Shown here: positions 23,252 to 35,098 of the stretch, piece by piece
How positions within the stretch are numbered: position 1 is the first letter of the stretch
Layout: every line of letters starts with the position of its first letter
Origin: Protoeuglena noctilucae
Lineage: Eukaryota
Reading direction: 5' to 3'
NCBI GenBank assembly: GCA_958009085.1
Contig: OY253690.1
Location: forward strand, 62,001 to 126,000
Length of the DNA stretch: 64,000 nucleotides
The notes under the pieces: generated by a model
The model's database searches: none
Told to the model about the DNA's origin: nothing
The model's input: only the letters and a program-made list of their open reading frames with translations
Made by a program: the position numbers and the translations under genes

Positions 23252-26200
23252 TCACAGCCACTCCATGACTATTTCCAGCACGTCCAGCGTCTCGATGTCC
23301 GCCTGGCACCCCAGCAGTGTCCCTACGCTGGGCTCGGTGCGGCCCCCGTCCCCGTGCACAAACTCCTTCACATAAGTGCCCGCGCTGGTCAGCAGGGCCA
23401 AAGCGATCGCATCGTCGCTGCCGGGCACGCGCTGGGGGAGGGGTGTGGGGGTACAGGGTGAGTAACAATGCGGGGTGGGCTGGGGCTGGTGGGCGGGTGT
23501 GAGGGATGGCATCGTTAGTGCTGGGGGTCGCGCATGGATCGCAAAGCAATGACCATCATGCGCTTTGTTAATGGACTGCTCACGGCACGGTCCACATCAA
23601 CCAACCCACCCATCTCATGCACTCTTCTCACCTCAACTGCCCCTCACCTCTGCCGCCATCTCACGCACTGCTTTCTCATCTAAACTGTCCCTCACCTCTG
23701 CCGCCATCTCGTGCACCGTCTTGTCCCTCACGAGGTCGGCGCGGCGGTGGCTGACGCGGACGGGCGTGCGCTGGTGCAGCGTCAGGTCCCGCAGACCCGA
23801 CAACAGCGCCAGGTCGGCATCCGTCTGTGTAGCAGGTGTGTGCGTGGAGGCAGGTCAGATTGTAAATAACGTCATCTCTTGCCAAGAGATGTGTGGTGAG
23901 AACGTGAGGTACAGAAATAGGGACCGTGGAAGCTAGCATCGTTATCGATATCGCCACCACCTCCCTGGCCTGCTTGCCACCCTTGCTGACACTCAGCCGC
24001 ACCGTCACATATCACCACATCCCCACTACCACCCCCATCCCCTTCCCTCCTCACCACAGCCCGGCTCAGTCGCACGGTCGCCAAGTACCGCTTCTGTTTG
24101 TCCTCCTCCCCCTCTTTCAGCATCCTCAGCTCCCCCGGCCCCACCAGCCGCAACCCCCGAGCCTCCACGCCCCCATATGTGTCGGGATCCGCCCTCAACG
24201 CTGCCTCTATCGCAGCCAGGTCGACGCGGTCCGGCCTGGCGACATGCGGGTTGGGCAGCTCGAGCACGAACGGGCGCCCCTTGCCCAGCATGCGAACATC
24301 CACGTCCTCGCGGCCCGCCGAGATCATCTTGTGGCCCTGGGGGGGGGTGAGAATACTAGAATTGAGTTGTAGTTGCTGGTACGAATCATGTGACATATGG
24401 GTCCGCGGTGATCATCTTGTGGCCCTGGGGAGGGTGAGGGTGACGGTGGGGAGTCGTTGTTGTCAGTACGATTCATGTGACGCATGGGGCCAATCAGTTG
24501 GTGCGCCTTGGTTGGCGAGCGATGGTACCGGTTGGTCGCTGTCTAACCCCTTCCCATGCAATGCATTGCCCCTCTTCCACTTACCTCCGCCTTCATTGCC
24601 GCCTGCACCAGGTCCCCGATCGCATCCCATGCATCCACCAAGCCTACTTATTACACAACACATAACACCCCTCTCTCACACACCTCTGCCTTCATCGCCG
24701 CCTGCACCAGGTCCCCGATCGCCTCCTGCACCGATGTGGTGCCCTGCCGCTCTCCGTCCACAAAGAAAGGCGAGTTGCTCACCCCACGCCGCGTCTTCAA
24801 ATAGTACCCGCCAATGAGGACAGGGTCACGCCAGGGACACGTGAGCACCTGGGAGGTGACAGGGAGGGTGGCAGAGGGGGTGGCAGGGAAGGTGGCAGGG
24901 AAGGTGGGGGTGGCAGTGAGGGGTCGAGATGAGCGTCCCCGAGCCCCAAAGATCATCAGCCATTCCCTGACACACACCTGAACAGGAGTGTCGGGTCTAT
25001 ACAAGGGCATGCCCATCTTGGCGTCCCTCAGCGCCCCCTCCCCCATCGTCGCCGCGTGGCTCAGTGCCTTGTTCGACAGAGGCAGGCTCAATTCCTCTGG
25101 CTGAGACAGCTCACGGAAGGTGCCGTCGCGGCGGCGCTTGCGGCTGCAAGGAGAGACGTGGGCGAAGTGTGCAAGTGGGGGGGGTCGAGGGTGGGTGACG
25201 GTGGCGGTGGCAGTGGCGGTGCCTGTGGCGCTGTCAAGATAGAGGGTGGGCGCATGTATAATGAAGATAAGCTAGTCATGCTGACTGAGCCAGTAAGGAT
25301 GCCTGCCTGATATCGGTGCCAATGGCGGGTCAGCGTATTGGCGTTCCCATGCCCCGCCACCCGCATCAATCAACCAGGCAGTCGCCTGACCCTCTCACCC
25401 GACGGTGGGCTTGATGGGCAGGTGCCGGGCCTCCCTGGCGGTCCCCCGGTGGGCGCAGTAGACGGACAGTCGGAGGGAGCTGGACGCCACGATGGGCTTG
25501 CCCACACGCTCCTGCAGGGGAGCCTCCATGGCCGCCCGCCACGCATCGCGCACGTCTGCGGCCATGCATGCGGCTTGAGGGTGGACGAGGCGATACGCGA
25601 TGATCGCGGCGTGGGGAGCGCAGTGCTCATGTAGGCCAACAGCTTATCGACGTATCATGACTATATCATGAGTATATCGTGAGCATATCATGAGTATAGC
25701 ATGAGTATATCATGGCTCGTGGCACGCGCTGCCGTGTGACGCCAAACCCCACATCTACTTTCGCCCAGCACAGCCATCGTGACGCTCACTGGCCATGGTC
25801 TCCCTTGCTGTGCAGGCCCTCACCTGTGATGCCCGCCATGGCGACGCGGTATCGCGAGAAGGTGGACCGCAGGTGCGACAGGACGCCTGCCTGACGCAGC
25901 GCCACTTGGGCAGGAACGTTCAGGTCCAGGCTGTGGGGGCGGGAGTTACGAGGGGGAGTGTGAGCATGCGGTCGCAGTGGTGCTGCTACTTGTGTCGAGT
26001 GACGCAAAGCTATCAGGTCACGCTCAGTCGCGCTGAGCAAACGCTGTGTTCTAATACAGCAAACACCATACACTCCGTGCACCACACCTGAAGACCTCCA
26101 CCTCGTGCCACTCAGCAACCACTGTGTTATCTCATGTTAATATAGCAATGTGCGCCACACCTGAAGTCCTCCACCTCGTGCCCCGATGCCGCCAGCTGTG

Positions 26201-27230
26201 TTATAGCAGAGCAGTGCCCTACTTTAGCAGTGTTTTGATAAAGCAGTGTTGTAGTAACGCAAAGCACATCGCGTCACCTGAAGTCCTCCACCTCGTGCCC
26301 CGACGCCGCCAGCGCCGCTGCGATGTCCGAGGGGGCGCCCCCGGCCGCCAGCCGCCACCGACGCTTCTCCATCCCCGGGGACTCGGCCACGTCCTCCCCT
26401 ATCACATCTGCGGGTGTGCTACTATTTGCAGATATACAAAGACCTTGACATGAATAACTGAAGAATGTCTTATGTAACCTAACCTTCCCATCCAATGGTC
26501 GACCAGCACTGAACAGACAAATGCCTTATGCGAGCAATTGGTCGACAGCTGCCATCGCTCGCTCACCCTTCCCCTTGCCGTTGTACCTCAGCCCCTCCGC
26601 CGTCCCCTCCTCCACCAGCTGCAACACGCCCAGGCAGACCACGCACACGCCTCCGGGTGTGTGGGGGGGGCTTGGGGCTGTGGCGGGTGCTGGTGTTGTG
26701 TCATTCGCTGGTGCTGTGTCAGGTGCTGCAGCGGTGTCCGGTGCTGGTGACTTGTCGATTGCTGGTCCTGTATCGGTTGCTCGTGACTTGTCCATCGCTG
26801 GCATCGCATCGGGTGCTGGTGCTGTATCAGTCGCAGGTGTTTTGTCGATCGCTGGTGTTGCCTCGGTTGCTGGCAGTGGCGGTGCAGGCAGGGCGTCCAG
26901 CGCACTGACGGCGGTGGGTGGAGGGGCGCGGTACGCGGCCGCATCCGACACGCCCACGAGGCGCAGGGCGCAGCGAGGACAGCAGCCCTGCGGGTGAACA
27001 TGGATAACATGGATTTCTTAGCGACATCCCCGGGCCTGCAATGCTGGCCCAAGCGTTGGCACGGACGGTCGTTCCATTACCATCGAACGCCTCTTTGCGT
27101 GCACCATTGTACAACCGTTCACCTGCGCGATCGCCTCCCTGGCCACGGGCAGCAGGTCCGCGGCGCGGTCCCCGAGCGGGCGAGAGAAGTACGCCAACGC
27201 GGGAGGAGGGTCGTCGCCCACCGTGCCCAT
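23252..27230 (-). CDS. PUS10: tRNA pseudouridine synthase Pus10
   Basis: CCPRC..CVVCLG zinc site, GGYYLKTRRGVSNSPF, catalytic-region SAGREDVDVRMLGKGRPFVLE, QRTPVRVSHRR, AGTYVKEFVHGDGGRTEPS..LDVLEI. Confidence 0.93.
25654..25713. repeat. Intronic about 12-bp tandem repeat (TATCATGAGTAT-like, about 5 copies)
   Basis: Read directly. Confidence 0.8.
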
Positions 27231-27692
27231 CTTGTCGCGCGGGGGAGGCCGAGAGGGTTTCCCTGCGCAGTTATGACGTCATCTTATAAAACTGAATCTT
27301 TAAAATAAATTACAAGTATATCGACCGGGAGGCCCGCGGGCGAGCGAAGAAGCAGTCGGCTAGGGCACGCACCCTTCCTTTGCGCGGAGCCGACGGTCTC
27401 GGTCGCCAGGCACGAGCTCGCTTTCGACACCTGCGGAGACTCCCGCCGCTGCCGCGTCCAGCGCGCGGGTGGCGGGCTGGGCCTGCGGGGAAGCGCGCCG
27501 GCGCATTCGCAGCCCTTCCGCGGGGCCTAGTGCAGCCTCATGGCATCGCATTCCGCGCAGCGAGCACTCTGCGTCTAGTTGCTACCATCGCAGTGTGTAT
27601 CCACCGCTGCCGCTGCGCCCTGGGCCAGCTAAGGCCCCGCGTTGCATCCATTCATCACCTGGTCGGCGGCGGACGGGGGGACGCACCCCGCC

Positions 27693-27949
27693 CGCTACTG
27701 CGATCGATGGAGTTGGAAGCGAGGGATCGGAGGATGCGGGCGTAGGCCTGGCAGGTGCAGCGGGCGATGGCGCGGCCGGGTGCGGCCAGCGTCTGGCTGA
27801 GCATCCAGGCGCTTGCCTCGCTCGAGTGCCCCAGCAGATGCAGGAGCGGGCAAAAAGATCCACGCAGCAAGTGCTGGCCGTAGCGCTGCACGGACCCAGC
27901 TGCGTGCCGTCACCACGTCGTTGCGTCGACGCGTCAGTCAGCCCACCAG
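27693..27949 (+). repeat. Dispersed direct repeat, copy 1 (copy 2 at 30275-30496)
   Basis: Both copies start CGCTACTGCGATCGATGGAGTTGGAAGCGAGGGAT and end CGACGCGTCAGTCRGCCCACCAGA. Confidence 0.9.
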
Positions 27950-28472
27950 AAGGACTGACATGCAATGTTCCCACCCCAAACTTTGGCGAGCGATGCCGTA
28001 CGTGCACGTGCAGGCGTGGGCGGCGGACGTGTGGGAAGCCGAGTCCAAGGCCGACATCCAGTGCATGGGCAGCGAGCACCTTGGGGCGGCTTGCGGCACT
28101 AGCGCCCCCACAACTGACTGACTCTCCTTCAACAAGGCCCACAGCTAAGGTCGCAGACCTATCTCTTGCCACTCTTGCCCCCTCCCTTTCCCTAAACCCT
28201 CGCCGGCAGCGGTGGGGGGAGAAGGTGGAAAGGCGCGGCAGCCTCCCCACAATGCAGCCAGGCAAGTCAAGCGAGCTACAAGTCAGGCGGGCTGAAGGTC
28301 CCACGGCGCAGTTCAGCAAAGGGTTATGACGACCCCGTCGCGGCGTGGATGGCACGCATGACCGCGTCATCCCTGTCGCGAGCAGCGAGCACGGCAGTCA
28401 CGCCCGCCCTAGCCCCCGCCGCCAGCGCAGCCTCAAGCTCCCCCTCGGTGGTCGGCGGGGCGTCGGGCCAGC

Positions 28473-29036
28473 TCACCAGTAGCAGGGACGGGTGGGGCGC
28501 CCTTCCTTCTCGAGAAGGGGCGCGCTGGCAAGGGGCGGGCAGTTATGTCCCTGTTGGGGAGTGTGGTGGCGGAGGTTCCACTGCGCCGCTAGCGCAGAAA
28601 CCTCCGCCACCACATCCTTGAACATGGACAAAAACACCGCCCGCCCCTTGCCTGTGCGCCCCTTCTCGAGTAAAACGGCCCACCCGCCCTTGCTGCTGGC
28701 GAGCTGGACCGATGCGTCGCCTTCCTCGCTTTCAGGGACTTCAATTGCTGACGCCAGGTTTGAGCCATGCTTTTCATCGTCGAGAGCAAAACGGGGAGCA
28801 TTAGACGGCCAGTGGTGGGCAAGTTCATCGTTGGCGTATGTGCCCGCCGCCGGCCTGCTGACGCTCCCCTCCTCGCACTCCACCACGAAAGGCATGGCTC
28901 GAACCACGCACTTGCCCCCCTCCACCTCCACCTCCATCACCACCACCACCCCCGCTCCATCCACCTCCCTAGGGAACTCCCCGCCACCCTTCACCTCGCA
29001 GAAAAACACCTGCCCTCCCAGCACGACATACCGCAC
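28473..29036 (-). other. Orphan ORF or gene fragment of unknown function
   Basis: 187-aa ORF with globular, beta-strand-like composition and G-ending codons; no recognised motif. Confidence 0.3.
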
Positions 29037-30274
29037 GCCAACTCGACCCTTACCCGAGTCCCTCCGAGCCGCCGGGAGGGCTCCTCCCGTGCCGCGAGCT
29101 GCATGGCTGCGGCCTCAACCGCCGCCTGCTCTGCAGCAGACGCGGCGACAGCGCCCCGTCGAGGCCGCCCGCACACGCTTGTCAGTGGAATACAAGACAG
29201 CTGCCGCGGTCTCCGCGCCGCACTGGAGCGAATGCAGGTCTCCCGGGGCATCTGGCCGTTGCCTGCCGCAGCATCTATGCGGCTCGCGCACGCATGAGTC
29301 GGCTTCGGGCAGTCCTCGGGACTGCTCAGAAATGCATTGCTCAGGCGGTCACTGAGGGCGGTCGGAAGGCGCGCGGGCATCGCCTGCGCGCGGGAGAGAC
29401 TGACACAGTGTTGCCAGTCCCGAGATCGGCGACCAAGAGCTGAGCCGACCCGGAGCAAACACCACAGCGTTCAATGTACACAAATAGGAAGATGAGGTGC
29501 ATCGGAGACAACGGAGAGCTCGGCGTCGCGCCCAGAGGCGGCAGTCCCTGCGTGGCCCAGGCCCCTGCAGCCCTGCCTTGGGTTGTGGATGGCCCGTGGT
29601 GGCGCGGAACGTCTCAAATGCGGCTCGTGATGGTGCCTGGCACGGAGCAGAACGCTGCCGGATCCCCGAGGGCGCGCACGGGCCATGCTCAGTGTCCCGT
29701 TGCAGTTCGGGATTGGGGCGCCGGCGCAGCAAATGTTCCCCGGAGAGCAGGTAATGTTTTGGTCCAGACTTGTTCACTTGGACATAAGTAAGTGCATAAT
29801 GCCAAGAAACAATGGGTCTTTGTGGAAAATATTGCCGCTCCGGGTCATCCAGCCTGCGCCGCTGGGCAGCCAACGACCAGCTCGGTTCCGAGCAACTGCC
29901 GCAGAAACACAGCTCCTTGGGTCCCACGATGGAATGCGGTCGGACAGCCAGTAGCACGTGTTCCAGCACCTGTACACAGGCCGCCCTGGCAAAAGATGCC
30001 GCATCGCGGCGCCCACTCTCGACCCAGCACGTGGGCGGCTGCCACCCTCCGAACTGCCCTTGCGCACGCAGACACCATACCCCCATACGGCAGCCACGCC
30101 TTGCCGAACACGTGAGCTTGCTGCGCGCGGGGTTCCTGCGTCGTGGGTGCCCGCCCGGGGTCTCTGCAGATCACCCACTCTCGCCCCCGCACCGCATGCG
30201 GTCCCCACCCTCCGCGACGCGTTGCGCCCGCAGACGAGGGTATCCCAGACGCTTTGTTTAGATTATGGGTTGAT

Positions 30275-30496
30275 CGCTACTGCGATCGATGGAGTTGGAA
30301 GCGAGGGATTGGATGCGAGTGGCTTGGCAGGTGCAGCGGGCGATGGCGTGGCTGAGCATCCAGGCGCTCGAGCGCCCCAGCAGATGCAGGGGCAGGCAAA
30401 GGGATCCACGCAGCAAGTGCTCCCAATGGCGCTGCACGGACCCAGCAGCGTGCCGTGATCGCAACGTTGCATCGACGCGTCAGTCGGCCCACCAGA
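30275..30496 (+). repeat. Dispersed direct repeat, copy 2
   Basis: Aligns to 27693-27949 with four short deletions. Confidence 0.9.
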
Positions 30497-30819
30497 TCTG
30501 GCTGGCAGCTCCAGGGCCAGCATTCGACATCCCGGACGTTTGCTGAGTAATTCTTCGTAGCGCAAGGTTGACGGAGAAGCTACAAATCTTTCCACCCGAC
30601 CCGGGCTGCGTGCGCATCAGAGGGGATGGCCAAGCCCACCCTGATAGGTGCGCCAGCACACGGAGCGCGCCGCGGCTAGCTTTAGATATGTGCTCCTGCT
30701 GCCTCGCGGCCTGCAGAGTTCCGGCGGCGCCACGCGGTAGTCCCTCGGGGCCTTCGCCAGCCGCGCTGCGTCCCTGCCCCCGCGCGGCGCATCAACCGCG
30801 CTCTCTTTTCGCTCGCCGC

Positions 30820-33479
30820 AGTCCCCGACAGCCATGTCGCGCAGGGCGCGATCCTGCTGGCCCATTACGCGGAGGTCCCCGTCCAGACAGGCGAGCCGCG
30901 CGAGCCGCCGTTCTGCGCGTGGTCGCGAGCCGTCCCGCGCCCGCGATCCGTGTACTGCGCTGCTCGCCACGTCGCTTGCGTCTCTTTGTGCCGATTGCGA
31001 TGACCATCGCGATCGCCCCGCGCCCGCAGACATCACGATGGCGCCGTCCGGCTCGGTCGCGCTGGCCTGGGACGGGCAGCGCGTCGAGGGCGTGACGGCC
31101 GTGTACTGCCAGATCGCGCGCATGTCGAAGAAGGCCGACGCGCTGCTGGGGAGCACGGACGCGGTGCGCGCGGAGGTCCAGCAGATGCTCAGCTACAGGC
31201 GAGCAAATGCAGTTGCGAGATGTCGCAATCGTTTCTCATTTACAGTAGAATTGTTATTTACTAACCATCCATGCTCATACTCGTCCCGTCTATCGCAGGA
31301 ACACGGTCCTGGACCCCCTGCTGGACGACGCCCTGTTGGCGGTGAACGACATCCTTCTGCCCCGCACCTGGCTCTGCGGCAGCGGCCCCACCGTCGCCGA
31401 TTTCGCCCTCTACGCCACCGTCCTCCCGGCCGTCAAGGGACTTACCGCGCCCCAGGTGCAACGGGAAGGGGCAGAGAGCACGTCACAACGTGCTGCAACG
31501 TGCTTTTGCAGGAGAGCCAATAATTAGGGGTACATTGCAGCGCCTCCGCGCACCCTGCGGTCTAGTAAGGGTACATTATAAGGCACAATCACACTTCCCA
31601 TCATTCCAACGCCCGCAGAAGGTGGCCGTGCCCTGCGTCCTGCGCTGGTTCGACCTTTGCCAGCACCGCCTCAACGCCACGCGCGTGTTTGAGACAATCA
31701 ACGTCGGCGTGCCGGCCCTGTCCCTGCCATCGCCCGCCGAGGCGAGTGGTGGTGGAGCAATGCATGGGACGTGGGAGTGCTTGCAGCATGGGTGGCTGGG
31801 CGTGGGTGTGTCGCAGGTCCCATGCGGTGTTTGAGCCTTGCAGATACAGTAACCCACATATGTCTATCCCAGTGGTTAACCGTAATCTCTTCGTTTGCGC
31901 TATGCTTGCAGCTGGCGGCCATGGCCGGCGCGGCTGCCAAGAGGGCACCGTCGGGGAAGGAGGCCGCTGCAAGCGCCAACAGCGCGACCGATGCGAATGG
32001 TAAAGCGAGCGCGTCTGCTGCGAGTGGCAAGGGTGGTGCTGCGAACGGCAAGGGTGGTGCTGCGGAGGGCAAGTCGGGTGCAGCTGCTGCGGAGGGGAAG
32101 GGTGCCAAGGCGGATGGCAAGGGTGCACCGAAGGGGGAGGACGCGAACGGCGGTGGCAAGTGGGGGAAGGGCGAGGGGGCGGGGGACAAGGGGAAGAAGG
32201 GGAAGGTGAGAGGGTGGCGAGATATATGGTTGACTGTTCATGATTCGAAACATATAAGAAAGGTTATATGCCATCAATGGAGCTATCTATGCGAGTGATT
32301 TGCGCGACGTGTACCACCAGCTTCACTCGACACGTCCCTCGTCACAGGCCGCCGACGGTGCCACGACTGCCAAGGGTCCTTCCGATGCCAAATCCGCCTC
32401 TGCCGCCAAGGCCCCTGCATCCGATGCGAAATCCGGTGCCTCGTCGGGCCCCTCCGTCTCTCAGCTGGACATCCGCGTGGGGACCATCGTGGAGTGCAAG
32501 CCGCACCCGGACGCAGGCGAGGGAGGGATTGGGGCGTATGACATTGTGATACGGGAACAAGTCGGTGGTTTGCAACATCACCTCCATGTTTTAACGTCCA
32601 CCCCTCAACTACACCCTCACACACCTCTCCCCGCCTCCCCCCAGACGCCCTGTATGTCGAGCAGATCGACTTTGGCCCCGATCTGGGCACGCGCCAGGTC
32701 ATCTCGGGACTGCGCAAGTTCGTGCCGCTGGAGCAGATGCAGGGACGCAGGGTGTGCGCGGTGGTCAACCTCAAGGCTGCCAAGATGCGGTGAGTGTGGT
32801 TGGGGGGGGGGAGGGATGCATAGAGGGATGGCATGTGTGCATGGGGGGGCATGTCTGCGTGGACTCTTCCGGCCTAATGATGTGCGCTCTCTCACTAACT
32901 CTATCATTCATATACCCACTCTTATGTTCAACTACGCCTCAGTAATTTTCATATCCAAATACCCATTCTGTCATAGACACCCCCCACCCCCCCTTCGTGC
33001 AGTGGCGTGGACTCCCACGGCCTGGTGCTGTGCGCGAGTGACGCGTCCCACGAGCGCGTCGACCCGGTCGCCCCCCCGCCCGGGGCCGCGAACGGCGACC
33101 GCGTGACCTTCGCGGGGTTCGAGGGGGAGCCGGACAAGGAGATCAACGAGTCGGTGAGGGACGGGGTGTTGATATGCAGAAGATGTGGCGGGGTTGGAAT
33201 AGCGCTGCAGTCGCTTAATCGCACCCGCCCCGTCCGTCGCCCTTTGCTTTGACCGAACTGAGTAACTTGATAGCACTGCGACAAAATGCATTTATATACT
33301 GATTACTCATTCCATTCTCATCACTCCCCTCTCCTCCCTCTCAGAAGAAGAAGGTGTTTGGCACGGTATCGGACGAGTTCGTCACCGACGCCACTGGCGC
33401 CCCCACGTACCGCGGCGTGCCCTTCATGACGCCCAAGGGGGCCGTGACCAGCAGCATCCCCAACGGGAACGTCAAATAA
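30820..33479 (+). CDS. Arc1p/AIMP1-like aminoacyl-tRNA synthetase cofactor (GST-C-like domain, Lys/Ala/Gly linker, EMAP-II tRNA-binding domain); start not located
   Basis: PTVADFALY..VLRWFDLCQ; LDIRVGTIVECKPHPDADALYVEQID..RQVISGL..VVNLKAAKMRGVDSHGLVLCAS; ends PNGNVK-TAA. Four GC-AG introns. Confidence 0.88.
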
Positions 33480-33879
33480 GAAAGTTAGGTACTTGCATGG
33501 AATCACGAGTGATACTCAGCCAGCACATGCCGAGAGAGTGTGGCGGGGGGGGGGGCGGCATATGGTGGTGGTGCCGTGGCGGTGCGATGCGACCGCAGTT
33601 GGCTTTGCAATCAATAGCTGACTGTCGTGAGCTATCTGAGCGAAGTTTGAAATCGCCGCGACGAGAGCGTCTAGGGCAGCGCAGCTCACGGCTGCGTGTG
33701 GTGGGGGGTAAGGGAGTCCAAACAACGCTTGGCGAGGTCTCTAGAGCCAAGGAAGTGGGCTTAGGGGTGAGATGTGCACATGTCACCGGTGTGGCTGCTG
33801 AGGGTCAAGACAAAGAGACGAGGCAAGGATGTGTGGTGGTGTGCTTGGTGGCGGAGTGGTGCACCCGTGCTTTGTAACA

Positions 33880-34525
33880 TCAGAACAGGTGCACCAGGTT
33901 GTGGCACACGGTCCAGAAGAAGGTGTAGGTCATGAGTCCGGACAGCACCATGCTGCGAGCGACAGGAGACACTCACATGGGCGCAAACACCCTCACAGCA
34001 TGGGACTGAGTGTGCATCATCCGCAAGCGTCCGCTGCTCGCGCTCAGCTGCACGTGCAGTTAGCAATATGCACTCCAATATCATTTCCGCACCTGAGAGC
34101 CGCTTCCCTGGTCGATTCGAAAAACTCGGCGAGCTTCCCCTGGGTGCGGACGTAGAGCAGCAGGAACAGCGCGGCCTGCGAGAGGGGGTAGCCCGCGAGG
34201 CCGATCCATCCCTCGACGCCCAGGACACCGCACGCCGCACCGAAGACGAGCGAAGCCCACGTGCGCCTGCGGGGAGCGGAGAGACGCGCGGTTTTTTCGC
34301 GCGAAAGCCGGGGCAGGCCACTCCCGGTCGATCCGCGCGACGCGGGCCTCCGGAAGCGAGCCTGACGATTCATCATAACAACAATAGCAGTGCAGTGACT
34401 CACATGTTTTGCAGCTGCATCAGATTTGTCTGCTTGGCCTTCAGGTCCACCCGCGGCGCGTCCACGGCCCCCGCCTCGCCCCCCTTCGGCCCCGGCGCGG
34501 CCGTGGACGCGCTGGTCGACGCCAT
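33880..34525 (-). CDS. EMC6: ER membrane protein complex subunit 6
   Basis: Three exons: MASTS..TNLMQLQNM / RTWASLVFGAACGVLGVEGWIGLAGY.. / MVLSGLMTYTFFWTVCHNLVHLF-TGA, matching the EMC6 C-terminal signature. Confidence 0.85.
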
Positions 34526-35098
34526 CGTAGGCCTAGATCCAGGAACCAGGGCCAAGGAGCTGATACCCGCGGGGCTGTCTGCTGTGTTCCCTCAGTTGTG
34601 CCTGATCTCGAGGCAAGGTGCTTCTAAGGCCCAGCGATGCAACGGTGATGGAGCTGGTTGACCTTCAAGCGACTGCCCTGGCGCTGCGGGAGTCGGGTCG
34701 CTACAAACCTCACCACAGGCGCGTCGCGCACAGACGTCTGACGCCAGAGGCCGCGCTCTTTGCGCAAAAAGCGTCCGGAAACACCTTTAACTTGTCATGT
34801 GACACGGCCAGTACAGCAGATAGGGCGAGCGCGAACGAAGGAGCTAAAGAAACGCGCGAGACCTGCTGGCAAGGTGGGACGCGGTTGCCGGCGCTCGCGT
34901 GCCGTATAGCCCCACGCAGATGCATATATGTCTTTGTATCGTACTCACCAACCCTTGCTCGGCTCCCCGACCGCTTGTCAGGGCTTGCTTTCCGGACAAC
35001 TGTGGCACGCGGACCACAGGCCTTTGTCCTCGCCCCTCCGTGCCGCGCAGGGTACGCTTTGGTTTGCTTCTCGCTTCTCTCGGACTGACGTCGGAGCC

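Noticed and set aside
28190..28200. CCCTAAACCCT telomere-like motif
   Set aside because: Under two units; chance occurrence.
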